A stretch of 64,000 nucleotides of DNA from Dehalococcoidia bacterium (GTDB taxonomy: Bacteria > Chloroflexota > Dehalococcoidia > UBA2979): the NCBI GenBank assembly GCA_965262725.1, contig OZ253555.1, positions 2,240,001 through 2,304,000 of the forward strand, in the 5' to 3' direction. Positions 19,977 to 29,985 of the stretch are shown piece after piece. A program made the translations under genes and the position numbers. Below the pieces are notes generated by a model. That model was given only the letters and a program-made list of their open reading frames with translations, did no database searches and had not been told where the DNA came from. Position 1 is the first letter of the stretch, and each line of letters starts with the position of its first letter.

Positions 19977-22019
19977 ATGAGCGCGATCGACGACGTGAAG
20001 GCGCGTCTCGACATCGTCGAGACAGTGAGTCGCTACGTGCCGGCGCTGAAGCGCGGCGGCCGCACCTTCAAGGCGGCGTGCCCCTTCCACACGGAGCGGA
20101 CGCCCTCGTTCATCGTCGACCCGACACGCGGTACCTGGCATTGCTTCGGGGCGTGCTCCACCGGTGGGGACGTCATCGAGTTTGTGCGCCGTATCGAGGG
20201 GCTCGAGTTTCGGGAGGCGCTGAAGCGCTGCGCGGATCTCGCCGGCGTGGAGCTGAGGCCCCCCTCCGCGCGGGAGCGCCGTCAGCGGGAGGAGCACGAG
20301 AGGCTGCTCTCGGCGAACGAGGCGGCCGCGCTCTTCTTCCAGGCCCAGCTCGACGGCCCGGACGGCGTCGCCGCGCTCGCCTACGCCGAGAGCCGGGGGA
20401 TCGACGCCGAGGCGCGCCGGGAGTGGCATCTCGGCTACGCCCCGGCGAGCTGGAGCGCGCTGCTCGACCACCTGCTGGCCCGCGGCTATACGGAGGAGGA
20501 GTTGGTCCGAGCCGGCCTCGCCGTCGAGAACGAGGGACCCTCCCGCGACGGCCGTGGCGCGCACGATCGCTTCCGGGACCGGCTCATCTTCCCGACCCGC
20601 GACGAGCGGGGCCGGCTGGTGGGCTTCGGCGCGCGCGCGCTCCGGGCCGAGGACGAGCCGAAGTACCTGAACACGCCGCAGACGCCGCTCTTCGACAAGA
20701 GCGGGACGCTCTACGGACTCGACCGCGCCCAGGAGGCGGCGCGCCGGAGCGGCCAGGCGATCGTCGTCGAGGGCTACATGGATGTGATCGCCGCGCACCA
20801 GTTCGGAATGAAGAACGTCGTCGCCTCGAACGGAACATCGATCACCGAGCGCCAGATGCGCCTGGTGAAGCGCTACACGCCGAACCTCGTGCTCGCGCTC
20901 GACGCCGACGTCGCGGGTTCCGAGGCGGCGCTCCGGGGCGTCGAGGTCGCGACTGGCGCCGCCGACCGCCAGCTCGTCGCCGGTGTCGACTGGCGGGGCC
21001 TGGTCTCGACGCAGGAGGTGCTCGACGCCGACATCCGGGTCGCCTCCCTCCCCGGGGGGGAGGACCCCGACTCGCTGCTGCGCGCCGATCCGGAGCGCTT
21101 CCGCGCGCTGATCGCAGGAGCCCTCCCGGTCGCCGACTACCTCTTCGAGGCGATCCCGGGAGCGGGCGACCTCACCGACCCGCGCGCGCGCTCGCGTGCC
21201 CTCACCGCGCTCGCGCCGACGGTGGCGGCGATGGCGGATCCCGTCGTCCGAGCGCATTATGTGCAGAGACTGGCTCGCATCGGCCGCGTCGACGAGCGCT
21301 ACGCGGCGCAGCTCGTCGCGCAGGCGCGCCGGGGCCGCGTGCGTCTCGTGGAGAGCAGCGAACGCTCGCCGCTCTCCCCACGCGACCGCGCCGGCCGCCG
21401 CGGACCGGGGCCGGCCCGCGCGCCGGCCCTCGACGGCGAGTCGCAGCTGCTGCGGCTGCTGCTGGGGAACGAAGCGTGCCGCGAGGCCGGAGAGGCGCTC
21501 GACGCCGACCTCTTCGAGGACTCCGAGAACCGGGCCCTCTATGAGGCGTGGCTCGAGCGTCCCGGGCTCGCCTCACAGCTCGATGAGCTCGAGGATGGGC
21601 CGCGCCAGAGGGCCGAGGCGCTCCTCGCGCGGCCGCTGCCGCCCCACCCGGCGGAGGAACTGGCCGCGATGGTGGCCGACATAGCGGGGCGGCAGCGGGA
21701 GCGCCGCCGACGGGAGCGGCTGAGGGAGCGCACGAACGAGGTGGCGGAGGAGCTCGTGACCGCGCGCCGGGCGGCGGCCGCGAGCGAGGCGGAGCGGGGC
21801 GGAGCCGGAGCGGAGCGCGAGAGCGGGCTGGAGCGAACGCCCAACGGGGTGGATGCTGAATCCGGCGCGGAGCAGGGTGCCTCGCAGCCGCCGGCGCTCG
21901 TCGACGAGCTCGCGGCCGAGCTCGAGGAACTGGTTGATCGCCAGCGGCGGCTGGCGCAGGGCGCCGGGGTCGAGATGGTGGAAGCGGGAACGACGGGGGA
22001 CGGGGGAGCGAGAGAGTGA
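19977..22019 (+). CDS. dnaG: DNA primase
   Basis: [14 protein letters not shown]2 finger, [38 protein letters not shown]. Confidence 0.98.
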   Translation: MSAIDDVKARLDIVETVSRYVPALKRGGRTFKAACPFHTERTPSFIVDPTRGTWHCFGACSTGGDVIEFVRRIEGLEFREALKRCADLAGVELRPPSARERRQREEHERLLSANEAAALFFQAQLDGPDGVAALAYAESRGIDAEARREWHLGYAPASWSALLDHLLARGYTEEELVRAGLAVENEGPSRDGRGAHDRFRDRLIFPTRDERGRLVGFGARALRAEDEPKYLNTPQTPLFDKSGTLYGLDRAQEAARRSGQAIVVEGYMDVIAAHQFGMKNVVASNGTSITERQMRLVKRYTPNLVLALDADVAGSEAALRGVEVATGAADRQLVAGVDWRGLVSTQEVLDADIRVASLPGGEDPDSLLRADPERFRALIAGALPVADYLFEAIPGAGDLTDPRARSRALTALAPTVAAMADPVVRAHYVQRLARIGRVDERYAAQLVAQARRGRVRLVESSERSPLSPRDRAGRRGPGPARAPALDGESQLLRLLLGNEACREAGEALDADLFEDSENRALYEAWLERPGLASQLDELEDGPRQRAEALLARPLPPHPAEELAAMVADIAGRQRERRRRERLRERTNEVAEELVTARRAAAASEAERGGAGAERESGLERTPNGVDAESGAEQGASQPPALVDELAAELEELVDRQRRLAQGAGVEMVEAGTTGDGGARE

Positions 22020-23533
22020 CGCAGACCTACGAGCCGGCCGGTATGGAGGAGCTCCTCGAGAAGGGGCGCCGCAGCGGGCAGGTGACGGCTGAGGACGTGC
22101 TGGTGGCCTTCCCGCAGGCCGAGACGAGCCGTGAGCGGCTTTCCTCGGTGATCGCGCAGCTCTCCGAGAATGGCATCAGCGTCCGCATCGACTCGGGCGC
22201 GGGCCGTGAGGCGTCGAGCGTCGTCGACGCGGCGCGCCGCATCGTGGAGGACGCCGCCGGCATCGACGATCCGGTGCGGATGTACCTGCGCGAGATCGGC
22301 AAGGTCGCGCTGCTCACCGCCGCCGACGAGAAGCGACTCTCCAGGCACATCGAGGAGTGGCGTCACGTCGAGGAGATCGTCGACGCCTTCGAGGAGAGGC
22401 ACCAGCGCCCGCCCAGCTACGGCGAGATCCTCGCCGAGCTCCTGAGGCAGCTCTACCAGGACCGGCACGTCTACCAGGCAGTCGCCCGCCACCTGGGGCT
22501 CCCGCGTCAGCCGATCTCCGAGCGCATCGCCGAGTTCTCGTTCCGCGCTGCGCTCGACGGCAATCTCGACGAGGAGATGCAGCAGAAGCTGATGCGGGAG
22601 TTCTCGTGGGACGAGGAGCGCGCCAAGCTCGCGATGGTCCGGCTCTCGATCATCACGCACATCCTGCAGTCGCAGCACGTGCGCTGGGCGGGCTCGATCG
22701 CCGGCCGTGAATCGCGGACGCTGCCGCCGCCGCAGAAGCTTGGCGTCGAGCTCGAGGCGGCGCACGGGGGTGCGCTCCAGTACTACTTCGAGAAGCTCAT
22801 CTTCGACGGGCGTCGCTCCGAGCGTCAGCTGACGGAGGCGAACCTCCGCCTCGTGGTCTCGGTCGCGAAGAAGTACATCGGCCGCGGGATGTCGCTCCTC
22901 GACCTGATCCAGGAGGGCAATATCGGCCTGATCCGCGCGGTCGAGAAGTTCGACTACCGCAAGGGCTTCAAGTTCTCCACCTACGCGACCTGGTGGATCC
23001 GCCAGGCAATCACCCGGGCCATCGCCGACCAGGCGCGCACCATCCGCATCCCGGTGCACATGGTCGAGACCATCAACAAGCTCGTCCGCATCTCGCGCCG
23101 GCTGGTGCAAGAGTACGGTCGCGAGCCGACCTCCGAGGAGATCGGGCGTGAGCTCGAGCTCCCCTCGGAGCGCGTGCGCGAGATCCTCAAGGTCTCGCAG
23201 GAGCCGGTATCGCTCGAGACGCCTATCGGCGAAGAGGAGGATTCCCACCTCGGCGACTTCCTCCCCGACGAGTCGGCGCTGGAGCCGGCCGAGGCGGCCT
23301 CGCACCAGCTCCTCAAGGAGCAGGTGATGGAGGTTCTTTCCAGCCTCACACCGCGCGAGCGCAAGGTGCTGGAACTGCGCTTCGGGCTTGAGGATGGCCG
23401 CTCCCGCACGCTCGAGGAGGTGGGGCGGGAGTTCAATGTGACCAGGGAGCGCATCCGCCAGATCGAGGCGAAGGCGCTCCGCAAGTTGCGCCACCCGACG
23501 CGCTCGAAGAAGCTGCGCGACTACCTCGAGTAG
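22016..23533 (+). CDS. rpoD: RNA polymerase primary sigma factor
   Basis: [57 protein letters not shown]; long non-conserved insert between regions 1.2 and 2. Confidence 0.98.
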   Translation: MTQTYEPAGMEELLEKGRRSGQVTAEDVLVAFPQAETSRERLSSVIAQLSENGISVRIDSGAGREASSVVDAARRIVEDAAGIDDPVRMYLREIGKVALLTAADEKRLSRHIEEWRHVEEIVDAFEERHQRPPSYGEILAELLRQLYQDRHVYQAVARHLGLPRQPISERIAEFSFRAALDGNLDEEMQQKLMREFSWDEERAKLAMVRLSIITHILQSQHVRWAGSIAGRESRTLPPPQKLGVELEAAHGGALQYYFEKLIFDGRRSERQLTEANLRLVVSVAKKYIGRGMSLLDLIQEGNIGLIRAVEKFDYRKGFKFSTYATWWIRQAITRAIADQARTIRIPVHMVETINKLVRISRRLVQEYGREPTSEEIGRELELPSERVREILKVSQEPVSLETPIGEEEDSHLGDFLPDESALEPAEAASHQLLKEQVMEVLSSLTPRERKVLELRFGLEDGRSRTLEEVGREFNVTRERIRQIEAKALRKLRHPTRSKKLRDYLE

Positions 23534-23565
23534 ACACCGCGGAGCCGCCTGAGGGAGGGGGAGAG

Positions 23566-23802
23566 GTGCCGATCTACGAGTACCGATGCAAGAAGTGTGG
23601 GGAGCTCTTCGATCTGATGCGCCCCGTGTCGAAGGCCGACGCCCGCGCGCGGTGCACGAGCTGCCAGTCGACTGCGGTCAAGCGCCAGCTCTCTCGTTTT
23701 GCCGTCGTCGGCGGCGGCGACGACGCGGGCGGTGACAACGACCTCGACTTCGGCGGCGGCGGCGGCGGCGACGACTTTGGCGGTTTCGACGACGACTGGT
23801 AG
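23566..23802 (+). CDS. FmdB family zinc-ribbon protein with Gly/Asp-rich tail
   Basis: MPIYEYRCKKCG...CTSCQS. Confidence 0.9.
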   Translation: MPIYEYRCKKCGELFDLMRPVSKADARARCTSCQSTAVKRQLSRFAVVGGGDDAGGDNDLDFGGGGGGDDFGGFDDDW

Positions 23803-23905
23803 CAGGTGCGGGCCCTGACCGCGGCCTGCGCCTGCCGGGACCGGGATCGCCGGGCTCCCCGTCCCCTGATGGCCTGACCGCCTCTCCTCCCTCAGCCGGC
23901 CCCGG

Positions 23906-24844
23906 TCAGAGCGTTGGGCCCCGCTCCTCCGCCGGAGGCGGTTCGCCGCTCCCGGTCTGTTCGGTCTCCCCCGCCGCCGCCGGAGCCGATTCGTCGGTGC
24001 CGGCGCGGCCGGTCTCCCCCGCCATTGCCGGAGGCGGTTCGGCGCTTCCGGTCCGTTCGGTCTCCTCCGCTCCCGCCGTGCACCGCTCGTCGCTCGCGGC
24101 CGGGCCGGTCTCCGTCGTGTCCGACGCCGGTGGCGGCGTGATGACTCCGGCACGCCGTCGTCGCCGATCCACGTAGACGACGTAGCCGAGGCCGGTGGCG
24201 ACGAGCAGCATCGCTTCCACGATCGTGAGCAGCCCCACGCCGAGTGTCGCGTCGAACCAGAACCCCCGCGGGAACATCTGGATCAGGCGGTCGCGGTCGG
24301 GATCCAGCTTCCAGAGATCGTTCGAGAACGAGATCACGTGGAATTGGCGGAAGAGGTCGTCGAAGCCGGCCACCAGCGCCGTCGAGGCGAGCACGAGCAC
24401 GGCGACCGTGACGGCGCCGCCCAGCGCGACGAGCCGCGCGAGGTGCCGCATCGAGCGCTCCCGCGCCCAGAGGAAGACGATGGCGATGTAGCCGACGACG
24501 AAGATGAGCGAGAGCTCCTGCACGGAGAAGGCCCGTCCCATGAGCGCCTTCACGTCTCGCATGTGCAGCACCTCGCGCGGGTTGAAGAGCGCCTGCTCGC
24601 GCCCGTCGATCGCGACGCGGATGTCGAGCAGGTCACGGTCGTCCCGGAAGTAGAGGACGATGTCGCGCGCCGCGCGATCGAGATCCGTCCGGGTGACTCC
24701 TGTCCGTTCCTCTGCGCCGTAGCGGTCGAACGCGTAGCTGTAGACGGCGAGCGCGTTCGCCGCGATGCGCACGTTCGAGAGCACCAGGAAGAGCGGGAGC
24801 GCGACCAGGAAGAGGGCCGCCGCCACCCAGCGGGCGAGTACCAT
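23906..24844 (-). CDS. Integral membrane protein, TIGR01906/DUF1461-like
   Basis: FNPREVLHMRDVK, FDDLFRQFHVISFSNDLWKLDPDRDRLIQMFPRGFW; several TM helices; start ATG 24844 or 24853. Confidence 0.85.
   Translation of the reverse strand: MVLARWVAAALFLVALPLFLVLSNVRIAANALAVYSYAFDRYGAEERTGVTRTDLDRAARDIVLYFRDDRDLLDIRVAIDGREQALFNPREVLHMRDVKALMGRAFSVQELSLIFVVGYIAIVFLWARERSMRHLARLVALGGAVTVAVLVLASTALVAGFDDLFRQFHVISFSNDLWKLDPDRDRLIQMFPRGFWFDATLGVGLLTIVEAMLLVATGLGYVVYVDRRRRRAGVITPPPASDTTETGPAASDERCTAGAEETERTGSAEPPPAMAGETGRAGTDESAPAAAGETEQTGSGEPPPAEERGPTL
23930..24115 (-). repeat. Four degenerate 48-bp tandem repeats encoding a 16-aa acidic/Pro tail
   Basis: GGTCTCC recurs at 23963, 24011, 24059 and 24107 (exact 48-bp period). 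Confidence 0.85.
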
Positions 24845-24851
24845 GGCGCTC

Positions 24852-24906
24852 ATTCTATCGCCGGTGCGCCGCGTGGCGGCGCGGCGGCGCGGCCGCTCGT
24901 TATACT
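24852..24906. promoter_or_regulatory. Back-to-back -10 hexamers of probable leaderless promoters
   Basis: TATACT (+, 24901-24906) 6 nt before ATG 24913; TAGAAT (-, 24857-24852) 7 nt before ATG 24844. Confidence 0.55.
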
Positions 24907-24912
24907 GCGCGC

Positions 24913-26022
24913 ATGGCCGCCGACGCCCCGCATCCGGCCCGCGAGCCCCGCCTCGACGCGCTCCTGGTGTTGCTCGGGCTGCCGGCCGAGCGCGTGCAGT
25001 CCTTTGATCCGCTGGCCCCCCGCTTCGACGCGGGGAGACCACTGCTCGTCCTTCCCGCAGCCTACGGGGGTGCGCGGACCCTCCTCGCCGAACGCTACCC
25101 GGCCGCACACCCCGCGCGCGTCGTGGTCGGGGGTGAGGCGAGGGAGTCGGCGGTGGGCCTCCTCCCCGACGGCGCCGGCGCCTGGCTCATCGCTCCGCTC
25201 GCACCTGAGGAGGACCATCCTTCTTTCGCGGCCCTCCGCTCGATCGTCGAGCGACTCTACGCCCCCGGCGGCTGCCCGTGGGATCGCGAGCAGACGCACG
25301 AGTCGCTGCGCCAGTACCTGCTGGAGGAGAGCTACGAGGTCGCCGAGGCCATCGACGAGGGCGACGTCAGCGCCCTGCGGGAGGAGCTTGGCGACCTGCT
25401 CGTTCAGATCCTGATGCACTGCGCGATGGCGCAAGAGGCATCCGAGTTCACGGTGGAGGAGGTCGTACGGGACGCCTCCCTGAAGATGATCAGGCGCCAC
25501 CCGCACGTCTTCGGCGACGAGAGCGCCCAGGACGCCGCATCGCTCGTCGCTCGCCGCTGGGACGAGATCAAGGCCGCGGAGCGCGCGGCCCGGGGTGAGG
25601 GCGGTCTGGGCGCGGCACTGGACGCGGTCCCCCGCGCGGCCCCGGCACTCCTACGCGCGGCGGCGCTCCAGGGGCGGGCCGAGCGTGCCGGTGCGTCGCG
25701 CCCACCCGCGCAGCCGGCTGAACGGGTGCGCGAGGCGCTCGAGGGGGCGGAGGCGGCCGGCTGGGCCGAGGCCGAGTCCCGCATCGGGGAGCTGCTGTGG
25801 GCAGTGGTGGCACTCGCCCGGGAGCACGACATCGATGCCGAGGCGGCGCTCCGCGCGAGCGCCGCGGCCTTTGTCGAGCAAGTAGCCGGGCAGCCCCGCG
25901 GGGACTCGGTGGACCGAACGGATTCGGCGCCTGCGAGCGCCGGGGCGGATGCTACACTCCCCGCACAGGTTCGTACCGGCGCCCCGGTCGGGCGCCCCAG
26001 CAAGGAACAGAGGAGCGAATGA
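24913..26022 (+). CDS. mazG: MazG nucleoside triphosphate pyrophosphohydrolase (short YabN-like N-terminal remnant)
   Basis: GGCPWDREQTHESL, LEESYEV, EELGDLL, KMIRRHPHVFG; second MazG domain degenerate. Confidence 0.92.
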   Translation: MAADAPHPAREPRLDALLVLLGLPAERVQSFDPLAPRFDAGRPLLVLPAAYGGARTLLAERYPAAHPARVVVGGEARESAVGLLPDGAGAWLIAPLAPEEDHPSFAALRSIVERLYAPGGCPWDREQTHESLRQYLLEESYEVAEAIDEGDVSALREELGDLLVQILMHCAMAQEASEFTVEEVVRDASLKMIRRHPHVFGDESAQDAASLVARRWDEIKAAERAARGEGGLGAALDAVPRAAPALLRAAALQGRAERAGASRPPAQPAERVREALEGAEAAGWAEAESRIGELLWAVVALAREHDIDAEAALRASAAAFVEQVAGQPRGDSVDRTDSAPASAGADATLPAQVRTGAPVGRPSKEQRSE

Positions 26023-26606
26023 CCAGCCAGACCTCCGTCGTCACCCCCGAGCGCTTCGCCACTGGTCTCCCCGATTTCGGCTCGTGGATGGACGCGATCG
26101 AGCAGCGGAAGAACGAGTTCCAGCAGCACTACGACGAGTTCACCCCCGCCGAGGACGACCTGGCGGCGATCGCGGGGCTCGTCGAGCAGCACGGCGTGAA
26201 GGCGCTCGTGCTCGGCGAGGACTGGTGCCCGGACGTGTGGCGCGGCGTGCCGGTGATCGCCAAGGTCGCCGAGCGCACGGGGATGGAGTTGCGGCTCTTC
26301 AAGCGCGACGAGAACAAGGACATCATGGCCGAGTTCCTCAAGGATGGGGAGTTCGAGTCGATCCCGACCGTCGTCTTCTACGACCGGGAGCACCGCTACC
26401 TCGGCCACTGGATCGAGCGCGCCCAGGTCGCGAACCAGGAGATCGCCGAGATCCGGAACGAGGTCATGGCCGGCGCTCCGGCCGAGGGCCCGGAGCGCGA
26501 TCAGGCGATGGCCCGCTACCGAGCGGCGACGACGGAACGCGCCGGTCCCTGGCGGCACGCGCAGGTCACCGAGATTCGCGAGCTGCTGGCGGGCGAGCTC
26601 GGCTAG
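26019..26606 (+). CDS. Thioredoxin-fold protein (monothiol WCPDV)
   Basis: GEDWCPDV, RDEN.DIM, SIPTVVF, W.ER; AGAGGAG RBS. Confidence 0.85.
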   Translation: MTSQTSVVTPERFATGLPDFGSWMDAIEQRKNEFQQHYDEFTPAEDDLAAIAGLVEQHGVKALVLGEDWCPDVWRGVPVIAKVAERTGMELRLFKRDENKDIMAEFLKDGEFESIPTVVFYDREHRYLGHWIERAQVANQEIAEIRNEVMAGAPAEGPERDQAMARYRAATTERAGPWRHAQVTEIRELLAGELG

Positions 26607-26718
26607 GCACCTCGGCTCTCTCCCCCGATACGAGGATCATGCGGGGCGCGCCGGAGGCGCGCCCCGCTGGCGTTCGGCGCCAGCCCGTGCGGGCGATGCC
26701 ACTCTCGTGGATGCGGTG

Positions 26719-27480
26719 CTAGGTCCGGGCGTCCCCGTCCGGGTCGGCCCTCGCCGGGTCGGGCTCGCCGCCCGGCGGGGACGGCGTGCGGGGGAGGCGG
26801 TCCCCCGGGCGTCGCCTCGCCGCCGAGGCGGACTGGAGCGCGTCGCCGGCGGGTGCGGCCTGGGGCCGGTCGCCGCGAGTGGCCTCCGGGACGCGCGGGA
26901 CCGGTGGCGCCTCGCGGCCCGGTGCCGCGCGCTGCTGCTCGGCGCGCTCTGCTCCCCTCCGCGACGGGGGGGGAGCGCCATCGACGTCGCCGTCGCCGGC
27001 CGGAGGCGCCTCCCGCTCCGGCGCCGCCGGCCGCGGTCGGGGTGTCGCGCAATAGGGGCAGTTGCGCCACTGGTACGAGAGGAGTCGGCCGCAGGCGTCG
27101 CAGGGCACGCGCAGCTGCGTCCGGCAGTGCGCGCAGACCATGAAGTCGTCCTCCACCGGGCGGCGGCACCGCGGACACGCCGAGGCGGCGTGGAGCTCCG
27201 AGAGCATCGCCTCTTGCTCGAGCTGTCGGCTGTAGACATCCTCGAGCGTCTGGCGGGGCCTGAGCACGAAGTAGAGCGGGAGCCCCAGGATCGGGAACGC
27301 CAGCGCGATCGCGAGCGCCGTGAGATGAGAGATGACATCTCGTGTCCGCGAGCGGATGTCGCGGTAGACCCAGATCACGGAGACGGCCCAGATCAGGGCG
27401 CCGTAGCCGCCGACGATGAAAGCCGCGAGGCGGAGCGTCGACGCCATGTCGCCGCCGGGCCATCCGATGCCGATATCCAC
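26719..27480 (-). CDS. Membrane protein with double zinc ribbon
   Basis: Two TM segments, W..RDIRSRT, LYFVLRP; CPRC, CAHC, CDAC, CPYC. Confidence 0.85.
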   Translation of the reverse strand: MDIGIGWPGGDMASTLRLAAFIVGGYGALIWAVSVIWVYRDIRSRTRDVISHLTALAIALAFPILGLPLYFVLRPRQTLEDVYSRQLEQEAMLSELHAASACPRCRRPVEDDFMVCAHCRTQLRVPCDACGRLLSYQWRNCPYCATPRPRPAAPEREAPPAGDGDVDGAPPPSRRGAERAEQQRAAPGREAPPVPRVPEATRGDRPQAAPAGDALQSASAARRRPGDRLPRTPSPPGGEPDPARADPDGDART

Positions 27481-27663
27481 CCTCGGGGGCCTCCATCCTC
27501 ACCGCGGCGTGATCAGGCTACCACGGGGCGGGGCGAGGCTCCCGGCCCCGCCGTCCTACTCCGGCGCACCGCGTCCGGGTGAAAACGGCGCCGGCCATCT
27601 CGCCGGGCCGGGGATGGTGCGAAGGGGCGCTACAATCGGCTCAGTCCCCGTGAGCGGAGCCCG

Positions 27664-29961
27664 ATGAGCGAGGGAATCGAGAGGGAAGCCGTGGTGCGGA
27701 CCGCCGCGGGCGAGGGTACCCTCGGCGGGGCGTCCCTGAACCCGGCGCAGCGCGACGCCGTCGAGGCGGAGGACGGGGCGGTCCTCATCCTCGCCGGACC
27801 AGGATCGGGCAAGACCCGCGTCATCGCCTACCGCATCGCCCACCTGGTCGGGACGCGCCGCGTTCCGCCGGAGCGCGTTCTCGCGGTCACCTTCACCAAC
27901 AAGGCGGCGCGCGAGATGCGCGAGCGCGTGGAGTTGCTGATCGGCGGCCGGGCGCGCTCCCTGACGCTCGGCACGTTCCACGCGGTCTGTGCCCGCATCC
28001 TGCGCCGCCGGGGCGTGGGCGTCGGCGTGCCGCCGGAGTTCCAGATCTACGACACCGACGACCAGCGCGCGCTCGTGCGGCGCATCGAAGGCGAGCTCCA
28101 GGTCGATCCGCGGCAGTTTCGTCCCGGCGCCGTGCTGGCGACGATTTCGGCCGCCAAGAACGGTCTCATCGGTCCCGAGGCCTACGCGCGTTCCGTCGGC
28201 AGCTACTACGAGGAGATCGTCGCCCGCGTCTACGCTCACTACGAGCACGCCCTGCGCCGCTGTGGAGCCGTCGACTTCGACGACCTGCTGCTGCTCGTCG
28301 TGAAGCTCCTCGACGAGGACCCGGAGGCGCTCCACGCCTACGCGGAGCGCTACCTGCACGTCCTGGTCGACGAGTTCCAGGACACCAACCTGGTGCAGTA
28401 TCGCCTCGCGCGGCAGCTGGCCTCGGTGCACGGCAACATCACCGCGGTCGGCGACCCGGATCAGGCGATCTACTCCTGGCGGGCCGCCGATGCACGCAAC
28501 CTCCAGTACTTCATGCGCGACTTCCCCGACGCGCGGCAGGTCCTCCTGGAGCAGAACTACCGCTCCACCGGCCGCATCCTCCGCGTCGCGCGCGCGGTGC
28601 TGGCGAGCGACGCGGAGCGCCCGGAGAAGGGGCTCTGGACGGAGAACGCCGAGGGCGAGCGGATCGCGCTGTGGGACTTCCGCGACGGGGAGGAGGAGGG
28701 GCGTGCCATCGGCATGGAGGTGCGCCGGCTGCTGCGCGAGGGGGGGCGCCGCCCCGCCGAGATCGCCGTGATGTACCGCACCAACGCGCAGTCGCGCACG
28801 ATTGAGGAGTCCTTCCTCGAAGGCGGCATCCCGTACCGCATCGTCGGCGGCACGCGCTTCTACGACCGGCGCGAGGTGCGCGACCTCCTCGCCTACCTGC
28901 GCCTCGTGCACAACGAGTCGGACGTGATGGCGTTTCGGCGCATCGCCAACGTGCCGGCGCGCGGCATCGGCGGACGGACCATCGAGGTGGTGACCCGGGC
29001 GGCCGCCGACCTCGGCATCTCCCCACTCCGGGCGGCGTCCCGAGTGGCGGCCGGCGAGCTCGACCCCGCGCTCCCGCCGGTGCGGGCCGACATCCGCCGC
29101 GCGCTCGGCGGCTTCGTCGCGACGATGGAGCGGCTGCGAAGCGCGAGCGACGCGCTTCCCGTCACCGGGCTGATCGAGACCATCCTCTCGGTGACGCGCT
29201 ACCGCGACGAGCTCGCGCGCATCGAGGACGGCGATCCGGAGCTCGCCGAGGCGCGCTGGGAGAACGTGCAGGAGCTGCTCGCCGTTGCTGGTGGCTACGA
29301 GGCGCTGGAGGAGGACGCCTCGCTCACCTCGTTCCTGGAAGACGTGTCGCTCGTCGCCGACGTGGACGACCCCGCCGCCGACATCCCCGACGCGGTGACG
29401 CTCACCACCCTTCACGCCGCGAAGGGGCTCGAGTATCCGGTCGTCTTCCTCGTGGGGCTTGAGGAGGGCCTGCTCCCGCACGTGCGCTCGCTCGATGATC
29501 CGGCGGAGCTGGCCGAGGAGCGCCGCCTTCTCTACGTGGGGGTGACACGCGCCAAGGAGCGGCTCTACCTCACGCACGCGCAGCGGAGATTCCGAAACGG
29601 CGCCTACCGCGCCGCCCCCCGCTGCCGCTTTGTCGAGAAGATCCCGGGTTCCGAGCTCGCGCGACCGTCGAGGAGCCAGCGCGGCGTCGCGGCTGGCGGC
29701 CCGGGCTGGGCCGCGACGCGCGCGCGGGTGCCGGAGCCCCGCGCCGCCTCGCGCGCCGCCGGCGACCGGGCAGGTGCGAGGACCACGCCCGCAGACCGGC
29801 CCGCGTACGCGCCGGGCGAGCGGGTCGCGCACGCGACCTTCGGCGAGGGCGTCGTCGTCTCCTGCGATGTGCTGCCCGGCGATCAGCAGGTCACCGTCGC
29901 GTTCGCGGGCCGGGGCGTGAAGAGGCTGCTCGTCTCCTACGCCCCGCTCTCGCGCCTCTAG
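27664..29961 (+). CDS. pcrA: ATP-dependent DNA helicase UvrD/PcrA
   Basis: AGPGSGKT, TFTNKAA, VDEFQDTN, VGDPDQAIY, LEQNYRST, TLHAAKGLE, EERRLLYVGVTRA; C-terminal Tudor-like HATFGEG. Confidence 0.97.
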   Translation: MSEGIEREAVVRTAAGEGTLGGASLNPAQRDAVEAEDGAVLILAGPGSGKTRVIAYRIAHLVGTRRVPPERVLAVTFTNKAAREMRERVELLIGGRARSLTLGTFHAVCARILRRRGVGVGVPPEFQIYDTDDQRALVRRIEGELQVDPRQFRPGAVLATISAAKNGLIGPEAYARSVGSYYEEIVARVYAHYEHALRRCGAVDFDDLLLLVVKLLDEDPEALHAYAERYLHVLVDEFQDTNLVQYRLARQLASVHGNITAVGDPDQAIYSWRAADARNLQYFMRDFPDARQVLLEQNYRSTGRILRVARAVLASDAERPEKGLWTENAEGERIALWDFRDGEEEGRAIGMEVRRLLREGGRRPAEIAVMYRTNAQSRTIEESFLEGGIPYRIVGGTRFYDRREVRDLLAYLRLVHNESDVMAFRRIANVPARGIGGRTIEVVTRAAADLGISPLRAASRVAAGELDPALPPVRADIRRALGGFVATMERLRSASDALPVTGLIETILSVTRYRDELARIEDGDPELAEARWENVQELLAVAGGYEALEEDASLTSFLEDVSLVADVDDPAADIPDAVTLTTLHAAKGLEYPVVFLVGLEEGLLPHVRSLDDPAELAEERRLLYVGVTRAKERLYLTHAQRRFRNGAYRAAPRCRFVEKIPGSELARPSRSQRGVAAGGPGWAATRARVPEPRAASRAAGDRAGARTTPADRPAYAPGERVAHATFGEGVVVSCDVLPGDQQVTVAFAGRGVKRLLVSYAPLSRL

Positions 29962-29985
29962 TCCGTCGGCGGGCGAGGGGCCGGC

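Noticed and set aside
23700-23800. GGC/GAC microsatellite-like run as a phase-variation tract
   Set aside because: In-frame triplets encoding a low-complexity Gly/Asp tail; slippage would not shift the frame
23930-24115. CRISPR array interpretation of the 48-bp periodicity
   Set aside because: Degenerate in-frame coding repeats without unique spacers; no cas genes in the window
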